Positions 38,326-48,722 of a stretch of DNA of 64,000 nucleotides are shown here, in pieces. A program made the translations under genes and the position numbers. The notes below the pieces were generated by a model. That model made no database searches, had not been told where the DNA came from, and saw nothing but the letters and a program-made list of their open reading frames with translations. Within the stretch, counting starts at the first letter, position 1, and the number at the start of each line of letters is the position of its first letter. Origin of the DNA: a virus; IMG/VR virus record IMGVR_UViG_3300012943_000031, positions 1-64,000 of that record, one strand, 5' to 3'.

Positions 38326-40035
38326 ATGTTAATTCCCGGAACTGATAACAGAACAGGGTTAGGTACTTTAGGGATGCCCGGTATTTTTATCGGACAAGCA
38401 CGTTCACTTGGTATCAAAAACCATGTTGATATTCCTTATGTAACGGCACTTGCCCCTTCAAAGCCACTTGATTTTGGTGTGTTGGACTTATGGGCTCTTA
38501 AACAGAGAACTGACTCCCCACTTTTAACTTTGGCTATTGACAATGCTCAGGTAATCTACAGTGATGCTGAGTACTACACATTTGAACTTCCATCTGCTGC
38601 TGACTCAACTACACGTTTAGTAAGTGGTGGTACAGGACAAGACCAACAGGGTCGTGATGGTGAGCCTATCCCATTCATTGTTACTCGTAGAGACTTGTCT
38701 GCTGGTTCAATCTTCAAATTTGACTTGACTTCTCGTATTTCATTCACAGTAACTGACCAAGCTATTGAGCAAGTAGGTGAACACTACAAGGTTTGGGCTG
38801 TGTTAAATACTAACGCACAAGTTAAGTATGTATCTCAAGCTGAATTCCAGCCACAAAGACAAATCATTAAATTAGCTGACATCAGAGGTCTTGACTTCTC
38901 TTCTTACAAATCTGTATGGAGTATTTCAGGTGTACCTTCACTGATGAAGTTTAAAAACTATCTATCAAATGCTATGCTACAACAGTCTTACAGAGTAACA
39001 TCTGGTGCTGTTGAGTACTTAAATACAAACACACGTATTGACAGTAAGCAAATTGGTATGATGGAACAGACAGTACTTCAATTCTACCAAGTAAGAGGTA
39101 TTGCTGACAACAAGGTTATAAACCTAACAAATCCTGAAAGCTACAAAATGTATTTTGAAAGACTTCAGGAAGAGAAAGCAAAAGGTAATGGTGAAGCTGC
39201 TTTCGTTAACTTACTTGATAGCATTGCTATCAATCTGATGATGAAACAGAATAACGACCTTATGATCTGGTCTGACCAAATCAACATCCTACGTGATGGT
39301 TATGACACTACACGTCTTGTACCGGGTGTATGGTTCCAGTTAGACATGGCAGGTTATAAGCACACTTACTCAATCGAAACATTTACTCTTGATACTATCA
39401 CTGATGCTATTAAGGACTTCGAATTTGGTAAAGTGCCTCTGAGAGAGTCAATCTCTGACAACACATACACAATCAGAACTGGTCGTGGTGGTTCAGAATT
39501 ACTTTATCAGGCTTTCTTGAAGAAAGGATTCCAGATTCCTGCTCAAATCATCAATGGTAACAACGGATTATCCTTCATTGAAGGGCCAAACGTTGCTAAC
39601 ATGCAGTACAATGCTCCACGTTTCATCAAGTATCAGATACCAAATATCGGTTACCTTGAGGTAGTTTGGGAGCCAGGATTTGACCCAGTTAAAGCTGATG
39701 AGTTCGTAAACCCAATCTTAGCAGGTGGTTATCGTCTATCTTCATACACAATGTTGATTGAAGACTATAACACTTCTCGTGATAACATTGCAATCATTCG
39801 TAAGAATGGTTCAAAAATGAGAATGATTGTTGAGGCAGGTGACCAAACTCACCCACTTCTTAGAACAGGTGCTAACATCAACGGTCAGAACATCCAAGTA
39901 CATGCTGCTTCAGATGAGTTGACTGGTTATCAAGTAAAATTCGTTGGACGTGCTGACACAGCAATTGTGAAAGACCCAACTAAGTTACTGAAACTTGTAC
40001 CTAAGAACCCTCGTACTGGTATAGCTGCTCTATAA
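38326..40035 (+). CDS. Major capsid protein (crAss-like)
   Basis: Synteny, strongly biased high-expression codons, TGRGG and C-terminal KDPTK motifs. Confidence 0.82.
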   Translation: MLIPGTDNRTGLGTLGMPGIFIGQARSLGIKNHVDIPYVTALAPSKPLDFGVLDLWALKQRTDSPLLTLAIDNAQVIYSDAEYYTFELPSAADSTTRLVSGGTGQDQQGRDGEPIPFIVTRRDLSAGSIFKFDLTSRISFTVTDQAIEQVGEHYKVWAVLNTNAQVKYVSQAEFQPQRQIIKLADIRGLDFSSYKSVWSISGVPSLMKFKNYLSNAMLQQSYRVTSGAVEYLNTNTRIDSKQIGMMEQTVLQFYQVRGIADNKVINLTNPESYKMYFERLQEEKAKGNGEAAFVNLLDSIAINLMMKQNNDLMIWSDQINILRDGYDTTRLVPGVWFQLDMAGYKHTYSIETFTLDTITDAIKDFEFGKVPLRESISDNTYTIRTGRGGSELLYQAFLKKGFQIPAQIINGNNGLSFIEGPNVANMQYNAPRFIKYQIPNIGYLEVVWEPGFDPVKADEFVNPILAGGYRLSSYTMLIEDYNTSRDNIAIIRKNGSKMRMIVEAGDQTHPLLRTGANINGQNIQVHAASDELTGYQVKFVGRADTAIVKDPTKLLKLVPKNPRTGIAAL

Positions 40036-40148
40036 TTAGACCATTCGAAATATAGGAACCCCGTAAGGTTCCTTGGTACTACGCAAACCCCTCCACGTGG
40101 GAGTACTGGATAATCAACCAAGATTTGCCTAACATAAAAACCAACAAA

Positions 40149-41147
40149 ATGTCAGTTAAATTTGCAATTAAAAACACTGCAAGTAAAGCAGAGAAAGAAA
40201 GTGACGGTACAATACTGAGATATTCAGGTACTGCCGAGCCATTTAGAAGACACTCTGAAAGAGCCTGTAAAAAAATAGGGGTTGACGCAAAAGGAAATCC
40301 ACGTTTAGTATTTAATACAGGGCTAGAAGATGAACAAATCCAGCATTATTCATGGTATTCACCAGAGGATAAAGCAATTATCAAAGAAACAATTGCTCAA
40401 TTGAAACCTTTGATTTCTAGTTTCTATGGAGGAGAGGAAGTTATAGACAAATCTAACTATTTCTTCTGGAAAGAGGACAGAGATGTAAACAGGCTATCAC
40501 TATCTAATGAAGATATTGATGTATTTTTTGATACAGAGAAAGCACCACATGCCCTTCTGTATCTATCAATAATAAGTGGAGCATTCATTGATTTGGTTGC
40601 ACCCACTAAAGATTGGGCAGAAAGATTTCAGATACCACACTATATGGCTTTAGAAAAAGATGAGTCATTATATGGTGAAGATGAAGAAGATATTACTCGT
40701 TCAGATGCACATGGAGAATTGGCTATGTTAAGAAAAGAGTTCGGTAAAGATGCTCTATATATCATAGCATGGTGCTTACAGTATGACACAAATGCGTTTG
40801 GAGCATACAACTACAACACTTCTGAAAAGGACTTACTTAAATATCATGTGAAATACATTGATGGTAAGTTAGTTACTAAGAGAAAAAAGAACATGCCTAA
40901 AACCTTCATGGAATACGTGAAGAAATGGAGAGGTCAACAAACTCGTCAGCAGTTATATGTTGAGGCTTATATTAAGGCAGGTGATTACTTTAACTTTGTC
41001 ACACAGAGAGAGAAAAAGTACGTTACATCAGATGGAACAATACTGGGTAACACAATTGCTGACGCTGTAAAAGCTTTAATGCAACCTAAATTCAGCGTTG
41101 ACTTGGAAAAACTCCGTAGTCAGGTTGAAGCTAAATGGAAAGAATAA
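40149..41147 (+). CDS. Conserved virion protein after MCP
   Basis: Synteny; ATG at 40149 after AAAAACCAACAAA. Confidence 0.65.
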   Translation: MSVKFAIKNTASKAEKESDGTILRYSGTAEPFRRHSERACKKIGVDAKGNPRLVFNTGLEDEQIQHYSWYSPEDKAIIKETIAQLKPLISSFYGGEEVIDKSNYFFWKEDRDVNRLSLSNEDIDVFFDTEKAPHALLYLSIISGAFIDLVAPTKDWAERFQIPHYMALEKDESLYGEDEEDITRSDAHGELAMLRKEFGKDALYIIAWCLQYDTNAFGAYNYNTSEKDLLKYHVKYIDGKLVTKRKKNMPKTFMEYVKKWRGQQTRQQLYVEAYIKAGDYFNFVTQREKKYVTSDGTILGNTIADAVKALMQPKFSVDLEKLRSQVEAKWKE

Positions 41148-41806
41148 TGACAATTTCTCAAATATCTGCTAAAATTAATCTAAGGCTAAATAAAGATGCC
41201 TCTCAAGACTACGATAACATATGGAGTTACGTTAAGTCTGAGGCTTTCAATAAGGCTGTAAATGATTGGATACGTAGACAGATAAGGGGAAAGAATCAAA
41301 CACAGGAAGGAGATGAAGAAACTGTAGCAAGAGTAGATGACTTGCAATGGCTACTAAAGAATGACTTCCTAACAATAAGAGATAAAGGTGTATTTGTAGA
41401 GACTAATAAACTCCCATCAGATTACTTATATTATAAAAGAGTTACCCCCTACGTGAGCAAAGGCTCATGTATGGGAGTAACAATAAAGTCACACCTGAAA
41501 GAAGAGGCAAATGTGGATGATTTACTTCCATCTCTCCCTTCTTTTGATTTTGAGGAGACATTTAATACCTTGATTAACAACAAGATACGTCTCTATCATA
41601 ACAAGGATTTTGCAGTAGATAAGTTAGAATTAACCTACTACAGAAAACCAAAGGTATACGACTTTAAAAAACTTAGTGACACTACAGAGTTCAAGGATGA
41701 TGTAGCTGACATTATAACAGATGAAGCTTGTAAGATAATTGCAAGTGACATAGAATCACTTAATCAAAAGGCTCTTGCTGAACAAAGGGCTGAATTCAAT
41801 AATTAA
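41147..41806 (+). CDS. Head-tail ring/connector-like structural protein
   Basis: LRLNKDASQDYDN, LPSDYL and LTYYRKP motifs; synteny. Confidence 0.65.
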   Translation: MTISQISAKINLRLNKDASQDYDNIWSYVKSEAFNKAVNDWIRRQIRGKNQTQEGDEETVARVDDLQWLLKNDFLTIRDKGVFVETNKLPSDYLYYKRVTPYVSKGSCMGVTIKSHLKEEANVDDLLPSLPSFDFEETFNTLINNKIRLYHNKDFAVDKLELTYYRKPKVYDFKKLSDTTEFKDDVADIITDEACKIIASDIESLNQKALAEQRAEFNN

Positions 41807-41830
41807 CAACAAAAACAACAACAAAGTTTT

Positions 41831-43885
41831 ATGGAAAATTACAGCTATCACGTACCGTTTTACGTAGTTACAGGTGGAATTGCCACAGCAGGACATTCTG
41901 CTGATTTAACTGGTGGTAAGGTGGGTCTATATGATAGATCAACTTTCTCTGTAGCAACGTCTATTGGAACTGGCAAGGAGTTATTCTTTGCACAGGGAGC
42001 AATAGGTGGTTTTGACTGGTACGGCCAGCCCATAACAGAGTCTCACAAATCACCTTTCTTCTTCGGAAAGGATGTAGAGAGAATGCGTTTATCTCTTCCA
42101 CAGAGAGTACGTAATGAAGAGTGGGTAATCGGTTACAATGGTTCTCCTTCTTCAGTAAGCCTGAAATATGTAAAGGGTGAAAGTATCCGTCTTAAATTCT
42201 ACTTCCACGGAGAAGTAGCATACCGTTTCTTCAACGGGCCAAAAGAGTATGTAGTATCATATACTCCAAAAGAAGATTGTACTACTCCTTGTGAGGCAGG
42301 TGACTGTCCAGAGGGTATTACAGACTGTGAAGTTCACACAAAGAACTTTATAGATTTAATTAATAATCACACTGAACTGAAGAAATTTGGTGTAACAGCT
42401 AAGTATGTTCATGCTGACTTTTCAGAAGCATCAACAACTATGACAAAATGGTGCTTAACTGTGTGTGACAATGGAACAGGAGTTGATTTACTTGCTGTAC
42501 AGGCTCAAGCTCCAACAGGAGTTGTAGTAACTCGTACAGAAAGAGTAGGTTCATTATCTACATATCAATTCTGTCAATCTGATGACGAAGCTAACCCTTC
42601 AGCATTTACTCAAACATCATCTGTTTTACAGGCAGTTTGTGGTGAATGTCCAGCAGATTCATTCTTGATTCCAGCTAAAGATGTGTATATTGTTAAACGT
42701 CCAATTGTTGGTGGTGAGGATTTCTCTACTGCTGCAACACGTGATGCTTATGCAAATGCCATCTGGACAGCTTATGCTTCTCAGGAATCAGTAACAACAA
42801 CTACATCAACTACCTCAACAACAACAGCTTCTGGTAGCTTAACTAACCCTGATGCTACATTCGTAGGACAGGATGGTTCACTAGCTATTGTGAAACTGAA
42901 ATTTGAAGAAGGTACAGTATTAGACCCAGTAATTGGTACTGACACAATAGAATTCTCTCACACTGAACAAGCTGTGTGTGTATTCGAAACTCCAGCATCT
43001 ATTGCATGGACTAGTTGTGGTACAGGTATTTCTTCATCTCGTACACTGAGATTAAAGAACATCAACCGTCCTGATTGTGATCCTGATGCTGATAGAATTG
43101 ATGACATTGCTGCTACATTAGCAGGTGTTAAAGGTATTGACATTGAATCACTTACTCTTGTAGAAGGTGATGCATGTATGGATGACTATACTGTAGAACA
43201 AAATTCACTAGATTGCCTAGATGAAGGATGTTTAACATCTAATGTAACATTCACTTACGACAAATTACCAGCATTTGAAAACAGTGCATGGGAAGTTGTT
43301 CCTGAGGATGTTGAGGAAGATGAAACAAGAAAATGTGGTATTCGTGTAACTGCTGGTTATGTTGACCCACGTTTCGGTGATTGTTCATTCAATCCTATGG
43401 ACTACTACAACGTAGAACCAGTGAAAATGGAAATCTCATTACTTGGTGAAGACTGGGATAGATGTGATTTTGCAGATGCTCCAACTGTAGCACAGTCTCA
43501 AATTGGGCAGATTTCAAGACAATCTGGTGAATATGTGATAAGAGAAGTTATCATGAAAACTGAAGCTTACCTGAAACACATTGACCAATTCTCTCCTGAA
43601 CCTCGTATGAGAGAAGCATTTGACATGAATTTACTGAATATGGTTGACAGAAAAGCCTTCTACAAACTATACTACGTTAGATTCAAATCATCTTATGGTA
43701 ACTTCCAGTTCCGTAAGAACGAACAAGAGAAATTCACTGCTGTATTTGCCTTCAAAGAAGGAGATGCTAGTGCTCAATTGTTCGAGTCTCAAATACTAGA
43801 TGTACTGACACTGAAATCAGGTGTTCTTCTTGAAGTAGAAGAAGCCAATGTAGGTGGAACATCAGGTATGCAAGGAATAGGTTAA
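41831..43885 (+). CDS. Structural protein (auxiliary capsid-like), Cys-rich with Thr tract
   Basis: Synteny, high-expression codons, followed by a terminator. Confidence 0.65.
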   Translation: MENYSYHVPFYVVTGGIATAGHSADLTGGKVGLYDRSTFSVATSIGTGKELFFAQGAIGGFDWYGQPITESHKSPFFFGKDVERMRLSLPQRVRNEEWVIGYNGSPSSVSLKYVKGESIRLKFYFHGEVAYRFFNGPKEYVVSYTPKEDCTTPCEAGDCPEGITDCEVHTKNFIDLINNHTELKKFGVTAKYVHADFSEASTTMTKWCLTVCDNGTGVDLLAVQAQAPTGVVVTRTERVGSLSTYQFCQSDDEANPSAFTQTSSVLQAVCGECPADSFLIPAKDVYIVKRPIVGGEDFSTAATRDAYANAIWTAYASQESVTTTTSTTSTTTASGSLTNPDATFVGQDGSLAIVKLKFEEGTVLDPVIGTDTIEFSHTEQAVCVFETPASIAWTSCGTGISSSRTLRLKNINRPDCDPDADRIDDIAATLAGVKGIDIESLTLVEGDACMDDYTVEQNSLDCLDEGCLTSNVTFTYDKLPAFENSAWEVVPEDVEEDETRKCGIRVTAGYVDPRFGDCSFNPMDYYNVEPVKMEISLLGEDWDRCDFADAPTVAQSQIGQISRQSGEYVIREVIMKTEAYLKHIDQFSPEPRMREAFDMNLLNMVDRKAFYKLYYVRFKSSYGNFQFRKNEQEKFTAVFAFKEGDASAQLFESQILDVLTLKSGVLLEVEEANVGGTSGMQGIG

Positions 43886-43905
43886 TCCTAAATATTAAAA
43901 ATAAG

Positions 43906-43942
43906 AAAAAGCTGGTAGGCAGATATTGTCTGCCAGCTTTTT
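43906..43942 (+). terminator. Intrinsic terminator after the capsid operon
   Basis: AAAAAGCTGGTAGGCA-gatat-TGTCTGCCAGCTTTTT. Confidence 0.8.
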
Positions 43943-43997
43943 GTTTTTAACGTATACAATTATTTTAATTTATCACATTTTTTAACTATCTTATACT

Positions 43998-44543
43998 GTG
44001 GCTAAACATGACTTATCATTAGAAGTATCTGATTCTTGCAACCCAAAGGTTCTAAGAATATATGACACTTCACGTTATACTGAGGAAACAGTAGAAAACT
44101 ATCTTGTAGAGGTACTACCTCCACAGAAATCTGCTTTTGTACCATTCTATGTACAGAAGGGATTTAGTATTGCTACCAACTCCTCTTCCCTAAAGTATAG
44201 AATTGTAAATGATGTGGATGAACTACGTAATCTGCCAGATGGCATATATGAGATAAAACAGTCATACAAACCTAATCTCCAGACAATTGTAATCTTTTAC
44301 CACCTACGTACAGTAGAGTTACGTCTTAAGATTAAAGCTGAATGGAACAAACTTCTTAAGGACGAATGTAAACTTTCTCGTGAAGAGTTCTTTAAAAACA
44401 GGGACAAACTAAGAGAAATTGATGAATATGCAGCAGCAGCTAAATATTCCGTTGAAGAGTGTCATGATAAGAAGAATGGTAAGGAAATGTATGAGTGGGC
44501 TTTAAAACTATTAGAACAATATAGCAATGAGTGCAAGTGTTAA
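43998..44543 (+). CDS. Putative structural protein
   Basis: LPDGIYEIKQS motif; structural module context. Confidence 0.6.
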   Translation: MAKHDLSLEVSDSCNPKVLRIYDTSRYTEETVENYLVEVLPPQKSAFVPFYVQKGFSIATNSSSLKYRIVNDVDELRNLPDGIYEIKQSYKPNLQTIVIFYHLRTVELRLKIKAEWNKLLKDECKLSREEFFKNRDKLREIDEYAAAAKYSVEECHDKKNGKEMYEWALKLLEQYSNECKC

Positions 44544-44706
44544 ATGTAAGTTTGCCGATCTTAAGTATGAACAACTTCTGAGTGAGAAGTATTTCGTAGA
44601 AACCTGCTTTTCTAAAAAATATGAGTCTTATACATCTAAACAGAAACTGAGAGATTGGTACATGCAGATAAAGATGGATGGATGTGTAAAACCCCCCAAT
44701 TGTTAA
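44527..44706 (+). CDS. Small hypothetical protein (59 aa)
   Basis: Manual translation MSASVKCKFADLKYEQ...GCVKPPNC fills the gap between neighbours. Confidence 0.55.
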   Translation: MSASVKCKFADLKYEQLLSEKYFVETCFSKKYESYTSKQKLRDWYMQIKMDGCVKPPNC

Positions 44707-44709
44707 TAA

Positions 44710-45978
44710 ATGAAAAAAGTACAACACTGTGAGACTGAAAACTGTATCCCTACTCTAACATCATGTGTAGAGTGGAATGGAGGCTCTATTGAGTTTCTTG
44801 GGATATGCAACGGTGACTCACTAAACAATTTGGTTTGGGAGATTATTACCAAATTACAGGATATTGCAGGTGATGATTTATCCCAATTTGATATTGATAC
44901 ACTATTGGATATTTGTAATCAACAAGCTCCAACAGAGGTAACAATCATTTCCATTCTTAACTTAATAAAGAATAATCAGGTTTGTTTAAAGGATTACATT
45001 GATACTCTCAATGAAAAATTAAACGAACTATTTAATAATACTGGAGTAACAGTTAACTTAAAATGTTACTCACAATTTGACAATCTGGGTAACGCACTCT
45101 CTATAACTAGGGATCAGTTAGACCAGCTTGTAATAGACAACTTATGTAATCATAAACTACGTATAGAAACCCTTGAGGGTAAGGTAGTTAGCTTACAAAG
45201 TCAAATAGACAATATCAATAGTAATGTTACAGTTGATGAATTGTCATTCGGAACTTGTGTTAATCCAGCTTCATTACCTACATCTACACAGGTCATCAAT
45301 CTAGCAAATGCTCATTGTGATCTTGAAGATGCTACAGGTGATAGTAGTGACATTGCTTCAGCATTAGGTAATACACCTACTGATCTGAATGCAGAGTTTG
45401 GGTTGATAACAGGTTGGATATTAGCTCCCCAGAACTGGGCAGATAATTATAATAACTTACTACTTGAGGTAGAAAACTTACGTCAACGTATTATCTTCAT
45501 GGAAGAAAACTGTTGTGCATCTACTTGTGATGATGTTGGAATTGGATTCAGCGTTGTTTACAATGAGGATGGTGATGGTATTATCTTACGTTTCACATCT
45601 GGTGCAGGTACATCAATTCCTACTGGATTTGAAGATTTAGGTTCTACTGGTATTGTAACAGACATCAATGGTGATACAGTTGAGTTCAACTTAGCTATTG
45701 AGAATAATGCTGAAGTAGAGGTAATTGTTAGCTCACTTGATTTAACAGGTGATCTGAATGTAAGTGTAACAGGTAGAATTGGAACAGAAGCTCTGACATG
45801 TGAGAAATGTTTCGGTAGAGTAATCAAATCTAACAGTCGTTGTGCATTATGTACAATCACTAATAATGGTGATACTGACATAGTATTAATTTACGATGAT
45901 GCTAATAGATTGATTGTCAATCCAATAATACCGACAACTACTACATCAACAACTACAACTACTACAACAGGAGTTTAA
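44710..45978 (+). CDS. Putative tail/fibre-associated structural protein
   Basis: CVEWNGG..FLGICNGDSL N-terminus, coiled coils, terminal poly-Thr. Confidence 0.65.
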   Translation: MKKVQHCETENCIPTLTSCVEWNGGSIEFLGICNGDSLNNLVWEIITKLQDIAGDDLSQFDIDTLLDICNQQAPTEVTIISILNLIKNNQVCLKDYIDTLNEKLNELFNNTGVTVNLKCYSQFDNLGNALSITRDQLDQLVIDNLCNHKLRIETLEGKVVSLQSQIDNINSNVTVDELSFGTCVNPASLPTSTQVINLANAHCDLEDATGDSSDIASALGNTPTDLNAEFGLITGWILAPQNWADNYNNLLLEVENLRQRIIFMEENCCASTCDDVGIGFSVVYNEDGDGIILRFTSGAGTSIPTGFEDLGSTGIVTDINGDTVEFNLAIENNAEVEVIVSSLDLTGDLNVSVTGRIGTEALTCEKCFGRVIKSNSRCALCTITNNGDTDIVLIYDDANRLIVNPIIPTTTTSTTTTTTTGV

Positions 45979-45988
45979 AACTAATAAA

Positions 45989-46543
45989 ATGGCAACAGTA
46001 AATTACGATGGTATAAATACTATAGTGTTAAGACCGGGAGAGAGTGTATCAATCCCGGCTAACATTAAGATTACTGGTATAATTGGTAGTAATTTTACTA
46101 CAGATTGTAGTAATCTACCTGATCCAGAACAGTATCAATGTTACTATATGGGTTGGGGTTATTCAGCTACATCAGGAGATGATGCTGCATTAGAAAATGA
46201 TGCAGGTGTAACACTAGACTGGATTTCCGTAGGTGGTACACAATACAATATCAACCAATCTATTACAACAGATGCAGCTACTGTAAAAGGTTACATAGAA
46301 GCAGGGGTTCCACAAGCACTATTTAAAGTGTACTCTATGGCTAAAGATATATTTAGCAGAAGAGAGGAGTTTTTAGTTAAATTTAAAACAACTGCTACAC
46401 TTGTACCTACTATCAGAATGCATATCACAGGTCTATCATTCCCTGATGGTTTAATCCTAGTTCCTATTCAGGACAGTGATTGTAACTGTTTCTCAGGACA
46501 TGATGAAAATATCTGTGATCCTACTGAAGATGGTGACGAATAA
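45989..46543 (+). CDS. Putative structural protein
   Basis: Structural module context. Confidence 0.55.
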   Translation: MATVNYDGINTIVLRPGESVSIPANIKITGIIGSNFTTDCSNLPDPEQYQCYYMGWGYSATSGDDAALENDAGVTLDWISVGGTQYNINQSITTDAATVKGYIEAGVPQALFKVYSMAKDIFSRREEFLVKFKTTATLVPTIRMHITGLSFPDGLILVPIQDSDCNCFSGHDENICDPTEDGDE

Positions 46544-46568
46544 TTAATAACTAATAAAAATACTTACA

Positions 46569-47675
46569 ATGGCTTGTAACGAACAAAATCCATGCAATCA
46601 AGACCCATGCCCAGATTTATATGACAACTGTGGCTGTGTTAATCCAAATACGTTTGGATGTACTACCTATACAGGGACATCATTAGAATGTCTTGATATA
46701 GACAATGGTACAAATGGGGATGATGTATTGGGTAAAATTGAAGAGGCTGTATGTGACCTTCAGGAGAACAAAGGTAAAGTTCTTATTGATGGCACAGATA
46801 CATGTCCTGAATACCTATTTGATAAACTAGAAGAAGGTACTAATATCTCTTTCAATATCACTGGAACAGGATGTGATAGAAAATTAGTTATTAATGCAGT
46901 AGAAGGTGGTGAACCAGTAGATGTTAATGTAAAAATTACATCTAATGACACAACTTCTGGATACCTTGACCAAAAGATTCAGACAGGTACATACTTAACT
47001 AAATCTGTAGTTTCTCCTACAGCTAATGAAAAACTAAGATTAGACGTAAATGTAGCATCTTTAGTATCTGGAGATTCAGGTAACCAATTAACAATTGGAG
47101 GTGATGGTGGTCTTAAGACTTTATATACTGCACCTGATGGAAGTGAAACTAAGGTTATGCAGGGTACAGGAACTACTGTAACAGGTACTGGTACTGTAAG
47201 TGATCCTTACATAGTATCTACTAACCCGACTATCCAAGTAGCACGTCCATGTTTTGATGGAGTATGGAGAAACATAACATTGGCCCTAACAGGTAATGTG
47301 AATGTTGTTTATGCATCAGGAACACCTCAGTTCAGGTATCGTTTTGATGGTACTATTGAGTTTAGAGGTTCAATTACCTACACAGTTGATTTCGGAGCAT
47401 ACACTACTGCTAACAGAAAATACACCATCCCTATGGGAAGTATTGCTGTAACATGTGTAACTGCTGGTGAATTAATTGGCACAAAAGACTTAAAAGGAAT
47501 AAATTATATAGATGTACCACAGGCTGGTGCTGACCAATATACACAAATGTATGGATACATACTACGTATGTCAGCACAGAACTTAACTTTAGAGTTCCAG
47601 TCTTCGTTTATTAACAGTACATCAAAATCTATAGTGGTTAATTTGGAAGGAGCAGTAGTTCATCCAAATATATAA
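46569..47675 (+). CDS. Putative tail fibre protein
   Basis: Cys-rich N-terminus, repeated VxxxxxDTxxxYLxxK, VTGTGTVSDPY motif, beta-rich C-terminus. Confidence 0.6.
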   Translation: MACNEQNPCNQDPCPDLYDNCGCVNPNTFGCTTYTGTSLECLDIDNGTNGDDVLGKIEEAVCDLQENKGKVLIDGTDTCPEYLFDKLEEGTNISFNITGTGCDRKLVINAVEGGEPVDVNVKITSNDTTSGYLDQKIQTGTYLTKSVVSPTANEKLRLDVNVASLVSGDSGNQLTIGGDGGLKTLYTAPDGSETKVMQGTGTTVTGTGTVSDPYIVSTNPTIQVARPCFDGVWRNITLALTGNVNVVYASGTPQFRYRFDGTIEFRGSITYTVDFGAYTTANRKYTIPMGSIAVTCVTAGELIGTKDLKGINYIDVPQAGADQYTQMYGYILRMSAQNLTLEFQSSFINSTSKSIVVNLEGAVVHPNI

Positions 47676-47720
47676 TAACTATTGAAAACCTCGGTTGTTG
47701 GTTCTCCGAGAACAGTTTAT

Positions 47721-47744
47721 AGGGCCATCTCTATGGCCCTTTTT
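47721..47744 (+). terminator. Intrinsic terminator insulating the tRNA island
   Basis: AGGGCCAT-ctct-ATGGCCCT-TTTT. Confidence 0.75.
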
Positions 47745-47852
47745 ATCTGGCACAATTTTTGAACATTATAAATATAAAAGCTATGACAATCTTAAAAGGT
47801 GGAGGATGTGGATGTGGTGGAAAAAAATAATTTCCCATTTTCACAAAATAAA

Positions 47853-47884
47853 TTTGGAATTTGCCAAATTACTTCGTATATTTG
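47853..47884 (+). promoter_or_regulatory. Promoter of tRNA operon 1
   Basis: TTTG-N20-TATATTTG. Confidence 0.85.
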
Positions 47885-47888
47885 CATT

Positions 47889-47978
47889 ATGAATTTACAT
47901 CGTACACATACATGGTTTACTACTTGTCCCCAATGTCCATTTGGAGGAGAAGGGTGTTGTATGTGTGAAAATAAATAA
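47889..47978 (+). CDS. Leader peptide 1 (attenuator), MNLHRTHTWFTTCPQCPFGGEGCCMCENK
   Basis: ATG 4 nt after the -7 box. Codons 4-18 use only H,R,T,W,F,C,P,Q, the amino acids of the downstream tRNAs. Confidence 0.8.
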   Translation: MNLHRTHTWFTTCPQCPFGGEGCCMCENK

Positions 47979-48039
47979 GTTTTTTCTTATTCATACTTAA
48001 AAACCCTTCAGTAATCCAATCACAACTGAAGGGTTTTTT
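47904..48039 (+). terminator. Attenuator 1 (1:2, 2:3 antiterminator, 3:4 terminator)
   Basis: 1:2 ACACATACA 47904-12 / TGTATGTGT 47958-66. 2:3 GAAGGGT 47949-55 / ACCCTTC 48003-09, plus GTATG/CATAC and AATAAG/CTTATT. 3:4 AAACCCTTCAGT / ACTGAAGGGTTT with U-tract. Confidence 0.8.
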
Positions 48040-48047
48040 CTTTTTAT

Positions 48048-48123
48048 CGGGTAGTGGGAGAATGGTTAGTCCACTATGTTTGGGGCATAGAAAATGTCAG
48101 TTCGAGTCTGATCTACCCGACCA
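48048..48123 (+). tRNA. tRNA-Pro(TGG)
   Basis: Cloverleaf, anticodon arm CTATG-TTTGGGG-CATAG, CCA encoded. Confidence 0.92.
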
Positions 48124-48129
48124 AATAAT

Positions 48130-48205
48130 GCCAGTGTAGCACAACAGGTAGTGCAGTACTCTTGTAAAGTAAAGGTTGCAAGTTCGATTCTTGTCACTGG
48201 CTCCA
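48130..48205 (+). tRNA. tRNA-Thr(TGT)
   Basis: Loop CTTGTAA, CCA encoded. Confidence 0.92.
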
Positions 48206-48213
48206 AATTATAT

Positions 48214-48287
48214 GGCCGTATAGCCAAGTGGTAAGGCACATGTCTGCAAAACTTTGATCCCCAGTTCGAATCTGGGTACGGCTTCCA
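48214..48287 (+). tRNA. tRNA-Cys(GCA)
   Basis: Loop CTGCAAA, U73, CCA encoded. Confidence 0.92.
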
Positions 48288-48290
48288 TAT

Positions 48291-48365
48291 GGTGCACTAA
48301 CTCAATGGTAGAGTTCCTCCCTGAAAAGGAGGGTGTTCCCAGTTCAAGTCTGGGGTGTACCACCA
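48291..48365 (+). tRNA. tRNA-Phe(GAA)
   Basis: Loop CTGAAAA, CCA encoded. Confidence 0.92.
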
Positions 48366-48368
48366 CAT

Positions 48369-48439
48369 ACGGGTATGGTGAAATGGTATCATAACAGTCT
48401 CCAAAACTGCTGTTCAGGGTTCGAATCCTTGTACCCGTG
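48369..48439 (+). tRNA. tRNA-Trp(CCA)
   Basis: Loop CTCCAAA, G73. Confidence 0.9.
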
Positions 48440-48491
48440 CTTTTTCTTATTCCCACATTTCCCTGAGAAATCAAACTTGTGGGTTTCGTAT

Positions 48492-48565
48492 TGTCTCATG
48501 GTGTAATGGCAACATAAGAAGCTTTGACCTTCTTGTTTCAGGTTCGAGCCCTGATGGGACATCCA
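48492..48565 (+). tRNA. tRNA-Gln(TTG)
   Basis: AGAAG-CTTTGAC-CTTCT, CCA encoded. Confidence 0.9.
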
Positions 48566-48570
48566 AATAT

Positions 48571-48641
48571 TACCTTATAGTGTAATGGTAACACACCACT
48601 CTCTGAAAGTGTTGTTTAAGGTTCGAGTCCTTATAAGGTAA
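48571..48641 (+). tRNA. tRNA-Gln(CTG)
   Basis: Loop CTCTGAA. Confidence 0.9.
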
Positions 48642-48643
48642 CT

Positions 48644-48717
48644 GTGACTATAGCTTAATGGTTTAGAGCCCTTGGTTGTGACCCAAGGTAGTGTCAGTTC
48701 GAATCTGATTAGTCACC
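48644..48717 (+). tRNA. tRNA-His(GTG)
   Basis: CTTGG-TTGTGAC-CCAAG, C73; T rather than G at -1. Confidence 0.9.
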
Positions 48718-48722
48718 TAAAT

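Noticed and set aside
31889-40035. Introns or inteins in terminase, portal or capsid genes
   Set aside because: The ORFs are continuous, of plausible length, and show no evident intein termini or LAGLIDADG motifs.
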